Assembly (NCBI GenBank): GCA_963933215.1
Contig: CAWVSB010000001.1
Coordinates: 626-64,625 of the forward strand
Direction: 5' to 3'
From: an uncultured Cellvibrionales bacterium
GTDB lineage: Bacteria > Pseudomonadota > Gammaproteobacteria > Pseudomonadales > CAWVSB01
DNA length: 64,000 nt
Positions within the stretch are counted from its first letter, which is position 1; each line of letters begins with the position of its first letter. This document shows positions 18,819 through 28,762 of this stretch, one piece after another. The translations under genes were made by a program, and so were the position numbers. The notes beneath the pieces are model-generated. The model ran no database searches. It saw nothing but the letters and a program-made list of their open reading frames with translations, and was not told the DNA's origin.

Positions 18819-19733
18819 ATAGCAATCGAATATCTTAGAACTCCCGACAAATGCTTCGAAAATTTACCCAGCTATTTATTTGCGGCAAATTATAGGGCGG
18901 TTGCCGGCGGCGAGGGTGGTGAGCTAAGGGTTCATTATTTAGATGAAGGTCCCAGCGACGCTGCGCCAGTTTTATTGATGTATGTCGAACCGTCTTGGAG
19001 CTATCTGTATCGCAAGATGATTCCTATTTTGGTGGCTGCTGGGCACCGCGTTATTGCGCCAGACTTAATTGGTTTTGGTAAGTCAGATAAGCCAACTAAG
19101 CGCGATGATTATACCTATCAACGCCATGTTGATTGGATGACATCAATATTAACTCAGCTAGATTTGAAAAATACGACGCTGGTTTGTCAAGATTGGGGCG
19201 GTCTGATTGGGTTGCGCTTACTGGCGGAAAATAATGACCGATTTGATAGTGCTGTTGTAGCAAACACTATGCTGCCAACAGGCGATGAGCCTGCCAGCGC
19301 GGTATTTATGAATTGGCTAAAATTTTCACAGGAACTTGCTAGCTTTCCGGTTGGGAGAATTATCAAAGGCGCTATTGTTACTGATATTGCTGACGATGTA
19401 TTAGCCGCCTATGATGCACCGTACCCAGATGAAAGCTACAAAGAAGGAGCACGCCAATTCGCGGCCTTGGTACCGATTACTCCTGACAGCCCCGCTGCAG
19501 CCAATAATAAAGCGGCATGGGCGAATTTAACCCAATGGACTAAACCAATGCTAACAGCATTTAGCGATAGTGACCCTATTATGGAGGGTGGCGACAAAAT
19601 ATTTCAAAAGTTAGTGCCGGGTACTGCGGGCCAAGACCATACTACTATTGTTAATGCAGGGCATTTTTTACAAGAAGACCAAGGTGAAGACTTAGCTAAT
19701 GTAGTGGTGAAATTCATTACTGCTAATAGTTAA
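18819..19733 (+). CDS. Haloalkane dehalogenase family (DhlA-like alpha/beta hydrolase); start codon unresolved, possibly a decaying gene
   Basis: The track ORF starts at TTG 18975. The same frame is open from 18801 and encodes [20 protein letters not shown]...[18 protein letters not shown], colinear with the DhlA N-terminus. ATA (18819) with GAGGG just upstream sits where the Met codon should be. Catalytic QDWGG, NAGHF and SDSD motifs are present, but the HGEP motif reads YVEP. Confidence 0.65.
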   Translation: [304 protein letters not shown]

Positions 19734-19736
19734 CAG

Positions 19737-21095
19737 CTATGCTGTTGTTTTGGCCACTACTAATGGCTGTATAAGTGCACTTTTGAGCCAGAAATAAGCC
19801 AGTATACCGGTTATGCCATTGGCTGCTGTCATGCCAATAAACAAACCCGGCAAGCCCCAAAAGTGTTGCGCCACCAATGCCAGCGGTAAGTAAATTACTA
19901 AGGCCCGCAATATTGAAATAGCCATGGCAGGGAAAGGCTTACCCAAACCATTAAAGCTAGCGTTAACTGACATGACCAAACCATATAGCCCATAACTGAC
20001 TGGGGTAATAGTTAAGTAAATAGCAGCGACCTCGATAACCTCGGGTGAATCAGTAAACCAGCCGACGACAGTATCTTTAGCTAGCCATAGTATGACTGCC
20101 ATTGCCGCGCCAAATAATAAGCAAAATTTTACAATACTATTTAGTGCTTGTAGCTGGCGATGACGATATTCTCCCGCCATATTTTGCCCCATAAATGGAC
20201 CGACCACGCCCGATAGTGCAAAAAAAGTGATTAACATTATAGGCTCAATTCTGATCGCCACCCCAAAGCCAGCGACAGCATCAACTCCGTGTGTCGCGAT
20301 TAGCGCAACGCTTATGCCACTGGCTAATGGAATAATCATATTAGTGCCCATGGCGGGCAGGGCAATGTGAAGAATGCCTTTCCAGGCATTGGTCAAAGCT
20401 GACCACTGAACATGGGGCCAAGAAATTAAGCGATAGGTTTTACCCGCTAGATATAAACCTGCAAAAGTCATCACCCCGCGGGTAATAAACGTCGCCCAAG
20501 CGGCGCCAGCAATTTCCATGCGAGGAAATATTCCCCAGCCAAAAATTAATAGTGGATCTAATATGGCATTAAATATTGCCGAGACAAACATCAGTGTGCC
20601 AGCGATACCGTTATTGCCGGTTGATCGAAAGGTTGCCGATAGTGCCATTGATGCAATAACGAAAGGAGTGTTCAAATACCATATCGACATATAGTCGTGA
20701 ATTAGCGGCAGTAGTTCAGGCTTAGCTCCCAGCAATAAAAATAGCGGGTCGATAGTGAGTAGGCCAAGAAGCATCATGGCGGAAGACAAGGCCAGCGAAA
20801 GTAAAATCGCATCGCCTGCCATTTGTCTGGCTTCACCAATTTTAGATTGCCCTAACAGCCTGGCCATCAGTGATGAGGTGCCGGCGCCCATGCCTATAGC
20901 CATACTGGTAATGACCATAACCACGGGGAAGGTAAAACTCATGGCGGCCAGCTGGTCGGCGCCAAGTTGAGCTACAAAGTAGGTATCCACTGCATTGAAC
21001 GACATCGTAGCCAGCAGCCCCCATACCATTGGCAAAGCCATGCGGTATAAAGTATTGGTGGGGTCGCCACTGGTAAAAGATACGCTTTGTTTCAC
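19737..21095 (-). CDS. MATE-family multidrug/toxin efflux transporter
   Basis: 452 aa with 12 predicted helices. The N-terminus is MATE-typical (LYRMALPMVWGLLATMSFNAVDTYFVAQLG). Confidence 0.85.
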   Translation of the reverse strand: MKQSVSFTSGDPTNTLYRMALPMVWGLLATMSFNAVDTYFVAQLGADQLAAMSFTFPVVMVITSMAIGMGAGTSSLMARLLGQSKIGEARQMAGDAILLSLALSSAMMLLGLLTIDPLFLLLGAKPELLPLIHDYMSIWYLNTPFVIASMALSATFRSTGNNGIAGTLMFVSAIFNAILDPLLIFGWGIFPRMEIAGAAWATFITRGVMTFAGLYLAGKTYRLISWPHVQWSALTNAWKGILHIALPAMGTNMIIPLASGISVALIATHGVDAVAGFGVAIRIEPIMLITFFALSGVVGPFMGQNMAGEYRHRQLQALNSIVKFCLLFGAAMAVILWLAKDTVVGWFTDSPEVIEVAAIYLTITPVSYGLYGLVMSVNASFNGLGKPFPAMAISILRALVIYLPLALVAQHFWGLPGLFIGMTAANGITGILAYFWLKSALIQPLVVAKTTA

Positions 21096-21159
21096 TGGGA
21101 ACTCAATAATTAAGAAGGATTATCAACCTTGGTATTAAAGCATATTTAGCGCTGTTGCT

Positions 21160-21181
21160 CATGGGGTATTCATACCCCATG
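21160..21181 (-). terminator. Perfect inverted repeat downstream of the phosphoesterase gene (possible terminator, no U-tract)
   Basis: CATGGGGTAT-TC-ATACCCCATG has 10-nt arms that are perfect complements. It lies 14 nt after the stop at 21195. No T-run follows on the minus strand. Confidence 0.3.
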
Positions 21182-21194
21182 ACGAGGTACTAGA

Positions 21195-22322
21195 TCAGAA
21201 AGCGAGCCAAAATTGACTTACTGCAGCTTCGTTATGAATATCAAACACACTCAAATGGGTGCCAGATTCAGTAATGTTCAACTCGATAAAACCCTCTTGG
21301 GCGAGAGCAAAGCGGGTGTTTTCTGAATGCCATACCCCAGTTACCTTACTGGCGTTACCCGCACCGCTAACGATAGTGTATTCTGGGCCATTGTCATGAG
21401 GGCGGCGAAATACCTGCAGGCTGTGATCATGGCCGGCGGCAAAAATAACATGGTCGTAAGCAGCGGTGATTTCGTTGATGCCAGCTATCATCGACGCATA
21501 ATCTGGGTGAAATATATCTTGTGCGGTAACATCATAAAATAAGTCAATAACGTTAATAACAAACCAATAACCGAAGCTAGTGATATAGCCGTTGTGCGGG
21601 CCATTAGTTTCTAGTGGATGGTGGGCGGTAATCAGCGTTAAGTTGTTAGGCTGCTCAGATTTTATTTTTGCCAAAATAGTGTCCAGGGCTGTAAAGGCAA
21701 CTTTTCTGTCGTTACTGTTTGCTGAGCGCAGCCACTCAGAGTCCAAAAAAACAATGCTCACGCCATCTAAGTCAATACTTTGCGGCATTGGCTTGCCGCC
21801 TTTGCGGTATGGTTTGAATGCGGTGTCGGCGTCGTTTTTAACCGAATAGTCATAAATATGCTGGGCTTGGCTGTCTACTTCGGTGGCATACCAGTCATGA
21901 TTGCCAGGCACAAAAAACATTTTAGCGCCAGATTGTGTTGCCGCTTCTAATTGTGCATCTAAAAAAGAAATACTTTCGAGCTGGCCTTGGTTAAATTCTG
22001 TTTGCTCATCTTCCAGCTGTGGGTAACCTGCCATATAAATGTTATCGCCTAGGGCTATGATCGTTGTTTTTTCTGGCACCATTTTGGCACGGTCAATAAT
22101 TTTTTTAATGCTGGGCTGAAGCGGGTCTAATACAGAATGGCCTCCATCGCCAAGCAAAATAATACGCTGTAATACTTCATTGCCAGTTGGCGCTGGCGCA
22201 GCCTTTTCGTTAATTAGTGCCAAATAAGGTTTGTCATGAGATGGTGCGATAGTTGGATTGATGATCACCGCTAGAGTAAGCAGTAAAATGACTACAAGTA
22301 GACTGAGGCTAATTTTTTTCAT
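21195..22322 (-). CDS. Secreted metallophosphoesterase (calcineurin-like)
   Basis: 375 aa with a signal peptide (LSLLVVILLLTLAVI). Metallophosphoesterase motifs are present: LGDGG, GDNIY, VPGNHDW and AGHDHS. Confidence 0.85.
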   Translation of the reverse strand: MKKISLSLLVVILLLTLAVIINPTIAPSHDKPYLALINEKAAPAPTGNEVLQRIILLGDGGHSVLDPLQPSIKKIIDRAKMVPEKTTIIALGDNIYMAGYPQLEDEQTEFNQGQLESISFLDAQLEAATQSGAKMFFVPGNHDWYATEVDSQAQHIYDYSVKNDADTAFKPYRKGGKPMPQSIDLDGVSIVFLDSEWLRSANSNDRKVAFTALDTILAKIKSEQPNNLTLITAHHPLETNGPHNGYITSFGYWFVINVIDLFYDVTAQDIFHPDYASMIAGINEITAAYDHVIFAAGHDHSLQVFRRPHDNGPEYTIVSGAGNASKVTGVWHSENTRFALAQEGFIELNITESGTHLSVFDIHNEAAVSQFWLAF

Positions 22323-22404
22323 TATTATTGCTCTAATAATTCTATAGAGGTTTTATATACTGGTCGCAGTTAGATGTGTACTTACTGTTTTGTTATAGCC
22401 GCTG

Positions 22405-23160
22405 TTAGTTATTGAAGCTGCCATTCAAGGTCCAATGATAGTCATTGTGCTCAATTTCATAAGCACCTTGGCGTAATTCAGTGGCTAAGGTTTTATCATC
22501 AACATGGTCGGCGACAAAGCTAGCTACCGAGCTACCATCTAATTCAAAATCTTCACTAAACCACTGAAATATTTTTGATAGATGAGCAGTTTTCTCTACC
22601 TTGTCAAAGTGATTTCTATCAACGTTGTTGATGAATTGGCGAGTTGCTGTATTGAACTGTTGTTCAAGATTGGGGGCGGTATATATTGCGTTGAGTAATT
22701 TTGGACAAGATAGCGCTGCGCATACTAGGGTGAAGTGAATTCGAGGTTCGTTTAGCGGGCGAATTATATTGTGTTCTAGATCACTAAGATTAACATTCTG
22801 TCCGGCTACATTATATTTAGGACCTTTAAAAAAACCTATGCGACTAAATACATTGCGCGGTGACTTGCCAGCTAAAATTGTTTTAATGACTAAAACATTA
22901 TAGCTGTTAATATAGAAAACCAACTGCTCGGTTGTTGAGGTTAAAGACTGTGCATCAGTTGCAGCGATAACTTCAATGATGGAGTCAATTTTACCTGTTG
23001 CTGCGATCGCACCGTAATCAACAAAGCCCTTGTCAGTTACTGTTGTTTGCAGTATTTCATTCCATGTGGTCCAACTAGCTGCGTCGGCACGAGCAAAACT
23101 GGCTGCAAGGATGGTAAAACTTATCCCAACAATGAATTGAATTTTTTTTGACAATGCCAT
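22405..23160 (-). CDS. DUF547 domain-containing protein, secreted
   Basis: 251 aa counted from ATG 23160 (MALSKKIQFIVGISFTILAASFARA signal peptide). The DUF547 core is FYINSYNVLVIK...IHFTLVCAALSCPKL. The track start at 23223 adds 21 codons before the signal peptide. Confidence 0.8.
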   Translation of the reverse strand: MALSKKIQFIVGISFTILAASFARADAASWTTWNEILQTTVTDKGFVDYGAIAATGKIDSIIEVIAATDAQSLTSTTEQLVFYINSYNVLVIKTILAGKSPRNVFSRIGFFKGPKYNVAGQNVNLSDLEHNIIRPLNEPRIHFTLVCAALSCPKLLNAIYTAPNLEQQFNTATRQFINNVDRNHFDKVEKTAHLSKIFQWFSEDFELDGSSVASFVADHVDDKTLATELRQGAYEIEHNDYHWTLNGSFNN

Positions 23161-23324
23161 ATATGTAAGCCTTGGTGAGCGATAAAAAGTAGATAGTAAA
23201 AGTAGCTTATTAAGTGACAACAAAAAAAAATATAGTTGAATGCTTGAGTGATTGTTAGGATTTGAGCGTTAGCAGGGTTTTGGTTACCGCTCTACTAGCC
23301 GGTAAATACGGTAAAAATAAACTC

Positions 23325-23555
23325 TCAACTATCCCAGTTGCCAATAAACGTCGCGATACCTTCTTCTTTGATGGCACTACGGCCCTCTGCAAAGGCGTCG
23401 TCACTGCTTGTAAATGGGTCTTCCCAGACGGTGTTGTTGCCATCTTTATCTACCAGCTGCAACCACCACTTTTCATCTTTGTCGTTAGACACTTGTAGCT
23501 CTATAGTTTGGTCGTCTTGGGTAATTGTCTCGCTAATAGTCTGCTCGTCACTCAC
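23325..23555 (-). CDS. Small acidic hypothetical protein translationally coupled to tatC
   Basis: 76-aa ORF whose ATG overlaps the tatC stop (ATGA at 23552-23555). The sequence is strongly acidic and Trp-rich (KWWLQLVDKDGNNTVWEDPF). It is preferred over three other overlapping track ORFs because of the coupling and the operon strand. Confidence 0.5.
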   Translation of the reverse strand: MSDEQTISETITQDDQTIELQVSNDKDEKWWLQLVDKDGNNTVWEDPFTSSDDAFAEGRSAIKEEGIATFIGNWDS

Positions 23556-24334
23556 GATGCTTCTCCAGATTCGTTTTTAGTTTCACTATCAGGGATATTT
23601 TTTTTTGTTATGAATCGACTAGCAATAATACCGATTTCAAATAATAACCAAACAGGAATTGCCAGTAAGGTTTGACTGATAATGTCTGGTGGTGTTAGTA
23701 GCATGCCAACAACAAAGCAGCCGATAATTACATAAGGTCGCTTAGCTGCTAAGGAGTCTGCAGTAGACATCCCCGTGGCAACTATCAATATTGTCGCTAT
23801 AGGTATTTCAAAAGCGATGCCAAAAGCAAAAAATAATTTAAGGATAAAATCTAAGTAGCTATTAATATCGGTCATTATGGTAACGCCTTCAGGCGCAACG
23901 CTGGTAAAAAAGCCAAATACTAATGGGAAAACTACGTAATAGGCGAATAAAATACCTGCATAAAATAATAATACACTAGAAGCTAAGATTGGAATCGCCA
24001 GACGCTTTTCATGGCGGTACATGCCGGGGGCTATAAATGACCAGACCTGATGTAATAAAAATGGAATGGCTAAAAATATTGATGCAAATAGCGTCAGTTT
24101 AAATGGTGTTAAAAAAGGTGAGGCAACCTCTGTTGCAATCATTGATGTGCCTTCAGGTAAAAACTGTCGTAATGGCTCTGAGGCGATGGTGTAAATTTCG
24201 TTAGCGAAAGAAAATAAGCATAAGAAAATAATCAACACAGCTAAGATCCCGCGCAGCAGACGGTCACGCAGTTCAGTTAAGTGCGCAACTAATGGCTGGC
24301 TAACATCGTCAGGTTTAAGGTTATCGTCGCTCAT
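23552..24334 (-). CDS. tatC: Twin-arginine translocase subunit TatC
   Basis: 260 aa with six helices. The N-terminal PLVAHLTELRDRLL motif is typical of TatC. Confidence 0.95.
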   Translation of the reverse strand: MSDDNLKPDDVSQPLVAHLTELRDRLLRGILAVLIIFLCLFSFANEIYTIASEPLRQFLPEGTSMIATEVASPFLTPFKLTLFASIFLAIPFLLHQVWSFIAPGMYRHEKRLAIPILASSVLLFYAGILFAYYVVFPLVFGFFTSVAPEGVTIMTDINSYLDFILKLFFAFGIAFEIPIATILIVATGMSTADSLAAKRPYVIIGCFVVGMLLTPPDIISQTLLAIPVWLLFEIGIIASRFITKKNIPDSETKNESGEAS

Positions 24335-24336
24335 AG

Positions 24337-24696
24337 CTAATTAGCTTGCGAGCTTTTATCGCTACTGTTTGTGTCACTGTTGTCGGTATCTGTATCGCTA
24401 TTGTGAATGTCATATTCTAAGTCGCTAAGGCTAGAGCGCACTTCTGCCAAGTTTTCTTTGATGTCTTTGCCGCCTTCTTCTAACTGTTTCATTATAGCGC
24501 TGTTATGTGCATCCTGACGCAATTCTTCGATATTAACTTCTTTGGCTAACTCTTCTTTTAAACTATTAAATGAGCGTTTTAATTGACTAAGCTTCCTGCT
24601 AGCCGAGGTTATGGCGCCAGGTAAGCGCTCAGGCCCAAGTACCAATAATGCAATTACCGCAATAACCAGTAATTCTGTAAAGCCGATATCAAACAT
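24337..24696 (-). CDS. tatB: Twin-arginine translocase subunit TatB
   Basis: 119 aa; [26 protein letters not shown]. Confidence 0.92.
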   Translation of the reverse strand: MFDIGFTELLVIAVIALLVLGPERLPGAITSASRKLSQLKRSFNSLKEELAKEVNIEELRQDAHNSAIMKQLEEGGKDIKENLAEVRSSLSDLEYDIHNSDTDTDNSDTNSSDKSSQAN

Positions 24697-24902
24697 TAAG
24701 CGCTTTTTTTCTCGTCACTTTTTTCAGCGTCAGCGTCAGATTCATCTTTTTTATCATCTGGATCTTTGACTGATTTCTTAAAGCCTTTAATAGCTGAACC
24801 TAAGTCGCTGCCTATGCTGCCTAAACGTTTAGTGCCAAATAATAGAACTACAATAGCCAATACAATTAATAACTGCCAAATACTAATGCCGCCTAAACCC
24901 AT
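24696..24902 (-). CDS. tatA: Twin-arginine translocase subunit TatA
   Basis: 68 aa; [24 protein letters not shown] followed by an amphipathic helix. Confidence 0.92.
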   Translation of the reverse strand: MGLGGISIWQLLIVLAIVVLLFGTKRLGSIGSDLGSAIKGFKKSVKDPDDKKDESDADAEKSDEKKSA

Positions 24903-24911
24903 GATATTCTC

Positions 24912-25262
24912 CTAGTTGTTGTTTTGTGTGTGGTTTGAACGAGAAGCTTTTTCTTCTAGTCCAGATAAATCAAATCGTTTCTCTAGCTCTTTCAAAACTG
25001 CCGAGGAATCTTCACCTAGGTTAGACAGCATCACTAAGGTGTGAAACCACAAGTCTGCTGTTTCACCAATTAACTCTTTGGTATCGCCGCTAGTGGCTGC
25101 ATCTTTTGCTGCCAGAATTGTCTCAGTCGCTTCCTCACCAATTTTCTCTAAAATTTTATTCAAGCCTTTATGATGCAAGCTTGCCACATAGGAGCTGTTT
25201 GGGTCAGCATCTGCTTTACGCTGATTAAGTACTTCAGTTAATTGCGTGAGTACATCGCTCAT
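24912..25262 (-). CDS. hisE: Phosphoribosyl-ATP pyrophosphatase
   Basis: 116 aa counted from ATG 25262 ([16 protein letters not shown]...SYVASL...KIGEEATE...[13 protein letters not shown]). The track start at 25283 would overlap hisI. Confidence 0.9.
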   Translation of the reverse strand: MSDVLTQLTEVLNQRKADADPNSSYVASLHHKGLNKILEKIGEEATETILAAKDAATSGDTKELIGETADLWFHTLVMLSNLGEDSSAVLKELEKRFDLSGLEEKASRSNHTQNNN

Positions 25263-25263
25263 A

Positions 25264-25650
25264 TTATTTTCCGTAAATCTCAATTGGATCTTTGATTACA
25301 TTACTGACGGTTTCCCATCCACCGTTTTTCCATTGCCGATAAAAACAGCTTCGTCTACCAGTGTGGCAGGCGATGTCGCCAAGTTGTTCTACGTTAAGTA
25401 CCACCACATCTGCATCGCAATCTAGGGCAATACTTTTAACTATTTGCACATGGCCAGAACTTTCACCCTTGTGCCAAAGCTGTTGGCGTGAGCGCGACCA
25501 ATACACCGCCCGGTTCAATTCAGCTGTTAAGCTTAGGGCATCACTATTCATCCAGGCCATCATCAATATTTCACCACTTTGCCAGTCTTGGGCAATGGCA
25601 GGTATTAGACCATCGTCGGTCCATTTTATCGGGTCTAGTAATGCGCTCAC
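25264..25650 (-). CDS. hisI: Phosphoribosyl-AMP cyclohydrolase
   Basis: 128 aa; [34 protein letters not shown]...[10 protein letters not shown]. Confidence 0.93.
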   Translation of the reverse strand: MSALLDPIKWTDDGLIPAIAQDWQSGEILMMAWMNSDALSLTAELNRAVYWSRSRQQLWHKGESSGHVQIVKSIALDCDADVVVLNVEQLGDIACHTGRRSCFYRQWKNGGWETVSNVIKDPIEIYGK

Positions 25651-25721
25651 TCGAGTGCTCCGGTAATTAAGGGTTTATTATTGCACAACCAGCGGCTAAC
25701 AGTTAACAGCTGTGCGTTAAG

Positions 25722-27359
25722 TTATGGGCGCAATAATACTATTGCAGCAACTACAAATAAACCAATACTCAATGGCGGCAGGGCAGCAATGCTTGCCAAT
25801 ATTTGGGGCTGGGCAACAACCATGCCTGCAGCAATAGTGATGATGCCAGCTAGCAGGCGTTTACTGCGTTTGTGTTCGGTTTTTAGCTCGGCGCGAACGT
25901 TGTTTAGTTGGGTTTGTTGGCCGCTAACTAAGTCGTTTAAGTTGCTACCTTGATTTAAGCTTTCGAACACCATGTCGGGAACTTGTGGCAGTTGCTCTAA
26001 CCATTGTGGAGCATACTGACGTAGTTGCTCGATAATGTTTTTTGGCATAAAGCGGTCTTGGTGCCATTTTTCTAAATAGGGTTTGGCGGTATCCCATAGT
26101 GATAGCTCGGGGTATAGCTCGCGCCCTAGTCCTTCGATGTTAAGCAGTGTTTTTTGCAGCAGTACCAATGACGGCTGGATTTCCATGTCGAAGCGGCGCG
26201 CAGTTTGGAATAGATATAGCAAAATTTGCCCAAACGAGATCTCGCCTAAAGGTTTTTCAAAAATTGGTTCACAGGCAGAGCGAATTGCAGTTTCAAATTC
26301 CGACACTTTTGTTGTAGGAGGCACCCAGCCACATTCCACATGCAGTTTGGCCACAGTGTGATAATCGCGATCAAAAATTGCCATTAGATTTCGGCCTAAA
26401 TAATAGCGCTCAAAATCAGATAGGCTGCCAATGATTGCACAATCTATACCAATGTATTGGGGGTTTTTAGGCCCGCGACGTGAGATAAAAATGTTGCCAG
26501 GGTGCATGTCGGCATGAAAAAAATTATCACGAAATACTTGAGTAAAAAATATTTCTACACCACGTTCGGCTAACAGTTTCATGTCAGTACCTTGGGCCTT
26601 TAAGGCTTCAACGTCTGATACGGGGATGCCTTCAATGCGCTCTACCACTAGTACATTGTTACGGCAGTAGTCAAAATACACCTCTGGTATATACAGTAAG
26701 TCTGATTCAATAAAGTTACGTCGTAGTTGCGAGGTGTTGCCGGCTTCACGTTGTAAATCTAACTCATCTAATATGGTCAGTTTATAGTCGTTAACCACTT
26801 CCACTGGATGCAGGCGTTTGCCGTCGGGTATATATTTTTCAACTAGCTTAGCCAGCGAATTCATTAACGCTAAGTCTTGGTTAATTACTGACTTAATATT
26901 TGGCCGCACTACTTTGACTACGACTTCTTGCCCGCTGTGCAATGTAGCTGCATGGACCTGAGCGATAGATGCCGATGCCAGCGGCATGTCGTCAAAGTGT
27001 TTAAACATGGTGGCAGTGTCTTCGCCTAATGCTTTTTCAATAATTGCTTTAGATAGCTTAGCGTCAAATGGCGGCACGCTGTCTTGCAGCTTAGCGAGCT
27101 CACGGGCGACGTCTGGAGCTAATAAATCGGGGCGGGTTGACAGTGCTTGGCCAAATTTAATAAAAATAGGGCCTAAGTTTTCTAGTGTTAAGCGCAGCCG
27201 CTCGGCGCGCGCTATTTTTGGCTCTGGTAATAAGCGCAGTGGTGAAATAGCGAATAAAATACGCAATACAAGTGGCAGTTGTTGCTTGTCTATCAATACA
27301 TCAAGGCGATATTTGGCCGTGATTCTGATGATAGTAATAAGGCGTCTTAGTTGGCCCAC
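25722..27359 (-). CDS. ubiB: Ubiquinone biosynthesis regulatory protein kinase UbiB
   Basis: 545 aa. It has an ABC1/ADCK kinase-like domain (LGPIFIKFGQALSTRPDL, ASIAQVH, HADMHPGN) and C-terminal TM helices. Confidence 0.93.
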   Translation of the reverse strand: MGQLRRLITIIRITAKYRLDVLIDKQQLPLVLRILFAISPLRLLPEPKIARAERLRLTLENLGPIFIKFGQALSTRPDLLAPDVARELAKLQDSVPPFDAKLSKAIIEKALGEDTATMFKHFDDMPLASASIAQVHAATLHSGQEVVVKVVRPNIKSVINQDLALMNSLAKLVEKYIPDGKRLHPVEVVNDYKLTILDELDLQREAGNTSQLRRNFIESDLLYIPEVYFDYCRNNVLVVERIEGIPVSDVEALKAQGTDMKLLAERGVEIFFTQVFRDNFFHADMHPGNIFISRRGPKNPQYIGIDCAIIGSLSDFERYYLGRNLMAIFDRDYHTVAKLHVECGWVPPTTKVSEFETAIRSACEPIFEKPLGEISFGQILLYLFQTARRFDMEIQPSLVLLQKTLLNIEGLGRELYPELSLWDTAKPYLEKWHQDRFMPKNIIEQLRQYAPQWLEQLPQVPDMVFESLNQGSNLNDLVSGQQTQLNNVRAELKTEHKRSKRLLAGIITIAAGMVVAQPQILASIAALPPLSIGLFVVAAIVLLRP

Positions 27360-27371
27360 AAATACTCCGTG

Positions 27372-28016
27372 TTAATCAGGTTTGCTGGGGCTTGCTAGGT
27401 TACGACTGAGCTTAGTAATTTTTGCTGCCAGCCGGTCACTGTCATCTTTTAGTTTGCTAACACCAGCAAAAAAATCGTCTATCTCAGCCCGCGGCGGCAG
27501 CAGGCGACCTTCCTCATGGATATATTCTTCAACTTGACGCATTAAGCTGTTGTGGGTTTGTTTGCCCCATTGCAAACCAGTGCGCACGGCCTTGCCTATT
27601 TGGTGAGCAGGAATATCACCAACCACTTTGGCTAACTCTGCTTCCCAATCTAGCTCTAGATTATGCAAAATTGCTTGCAGCGCTAGTAAGGACGCGCTGT
27701 CACCTTTTAAGGTTATGTTGCCATTGATCAATGCTGAACCTGCATCATCGGCGGTTAGCAATTCGACAAAGTCAGACGGATAGCCCCGAACTTGAGTAGT
27801 AGCTGCGCCCTCAAAATGGCCCATTAGCATTAATGTACTTTCACTTGGCAGAATAAAAAATTGTAAATCTGGACCATCTAAATCGATGCGAAATATTTTG
27901 CCATCTAATGCTCCCAGCTTTTTGTAGCTGGCGGAATCAAGCTTTAGCGCTTGGTTAATCACCTGTTCAAGGGCCGCAATTGCCGCGGTATGTAAAGCGG
28001 GGTTCCGGGTTATCAA
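27372..28016 (-). CDS. ubiJ: Ubiquinone biosynthesis accessory factor UbiJ (SCP2 domain)
   Basis: 214 aa, positioned between ubiE and ubiB as in other gammaproteobacteria. It has an SCP2-like N-terminal half, and its start overlaps the ubiE stop by 4 nt. Confidence 0.8.
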   Translation of the reverse strand: MITRNPALHTAAIAALEQVINQALKLDSASYKKLGALDGKIFRIDLDGPDLQFFILPSESTLMLMGHFEGAATTQVRGYPSDFVELLTADDAGSALINGNITLKGDSASLLALQAILHNLELDWEAELAKVVGDIPAHQIGKAVRTGLQWGKQTHNSLMRQVEEYIHEEGRLLPPRAEIDDFFAGVSKLKDDSDRLAAKITKLSRNLASPSKPD

Positions 28017-28762
28017 GGTTTAATGCCTTTGTGCAGCGCCACCACACCTTGGGTCAAATTAAAGTATTCGGTTTGGCTGAAACCAGCGTCATCCATCATT
28101 TGCATTAAAGTGTCTTGGTCTGGATGCATGCGTATACTTTCAGCCAAATAACGGTAGCTGTCGGCGTCATTTGTTACCAGCTTACCCATAGCAGGTAGTA
28201 CCGAAAAAGAATAAGTATCATATAGCTTTTCCATTACTGGATTAGTCGGCTTAGAAAATTCTAGTATTAATAAACGTCCGCCAGGCTTTAGAACTCGTAA
28301 CATAGAACGCAGTGCTTCATCTTTGTCGGTGACATTACGCAGGCCAAAAGCGATTGTTATACAGTCAAAAGTGTTGTCAGCAAACGGCAGGCATTCAGCA
28401 TTGGCTTGGGCATATTCGATGTTGTCGCACAGCCCCATATCAGTAAGTTTGTCGCGACCAACCGCTAGCATTGAATCATTAATATCGGCCAGTATCACTT
28501 GACCGTCTGCGCCCACTAACCGGGAGAATTTAGCGGCTAAGTCACCAGTGCCTCCGGCAATATCTAGTACGGTGTCGCCACGACGCACTCCGCTGACTTC
28601 AATAGTAAAACGTTTCCAGACCCGATGAACACCGGCTGACATTAGGTCGTTCATTACGTCGTATTTGGCAGCCACTGAGTGGAATACGCCAGCAACTAAG
28701 CTGACCTTCTCATCATTAGCTACGGTTTTATAGCCAAAATGCGTGGTGTCTTTATCACCCAT
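28013..28762 (-). CDS. ubiE: Demethylmenaquinone/ubiquinone C-methyltransferase UbiE
   Basis: 249 aa; [33 protein letters not shown] motif LDIAGGTGD. Confidence 0.95.
   Translation of the reverse strand: MGDKDTTHFGYKTVANDEKVSLVAGVFHSVAAKYDVMNDLMSAGVHRVWKRFTIEVSGVRRGDTVLDIAGGTGDLAAKFSRLVGADGQVILADINDSMLAVGRDKLTDMGLCDNIEYAQANAECLPFADNTFDCITIAFGLRNVTDKDEALRSMLRVLKPGGRLLILEFSKPTNPVMEKLYDTYSFSVLPAMGKLVTNDADSYRYLAESIRMHPDQDTLMQMMDDAGFSQTEYFNLTQGVVALHKGIKP

Noticed and set aside
23255-23580. Three other ORFs (62 aa minus; 78 and 80 aa plus) overlapping the small acidic ORF downstream of tatC.
   Set aside because: They lack coupling to neighbouring genes and have low-complexity or hydrophobic nonsense translations. 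Only the 76-aa ORF with the ATGA overlap to tatC was kept, and at moderate confidence.
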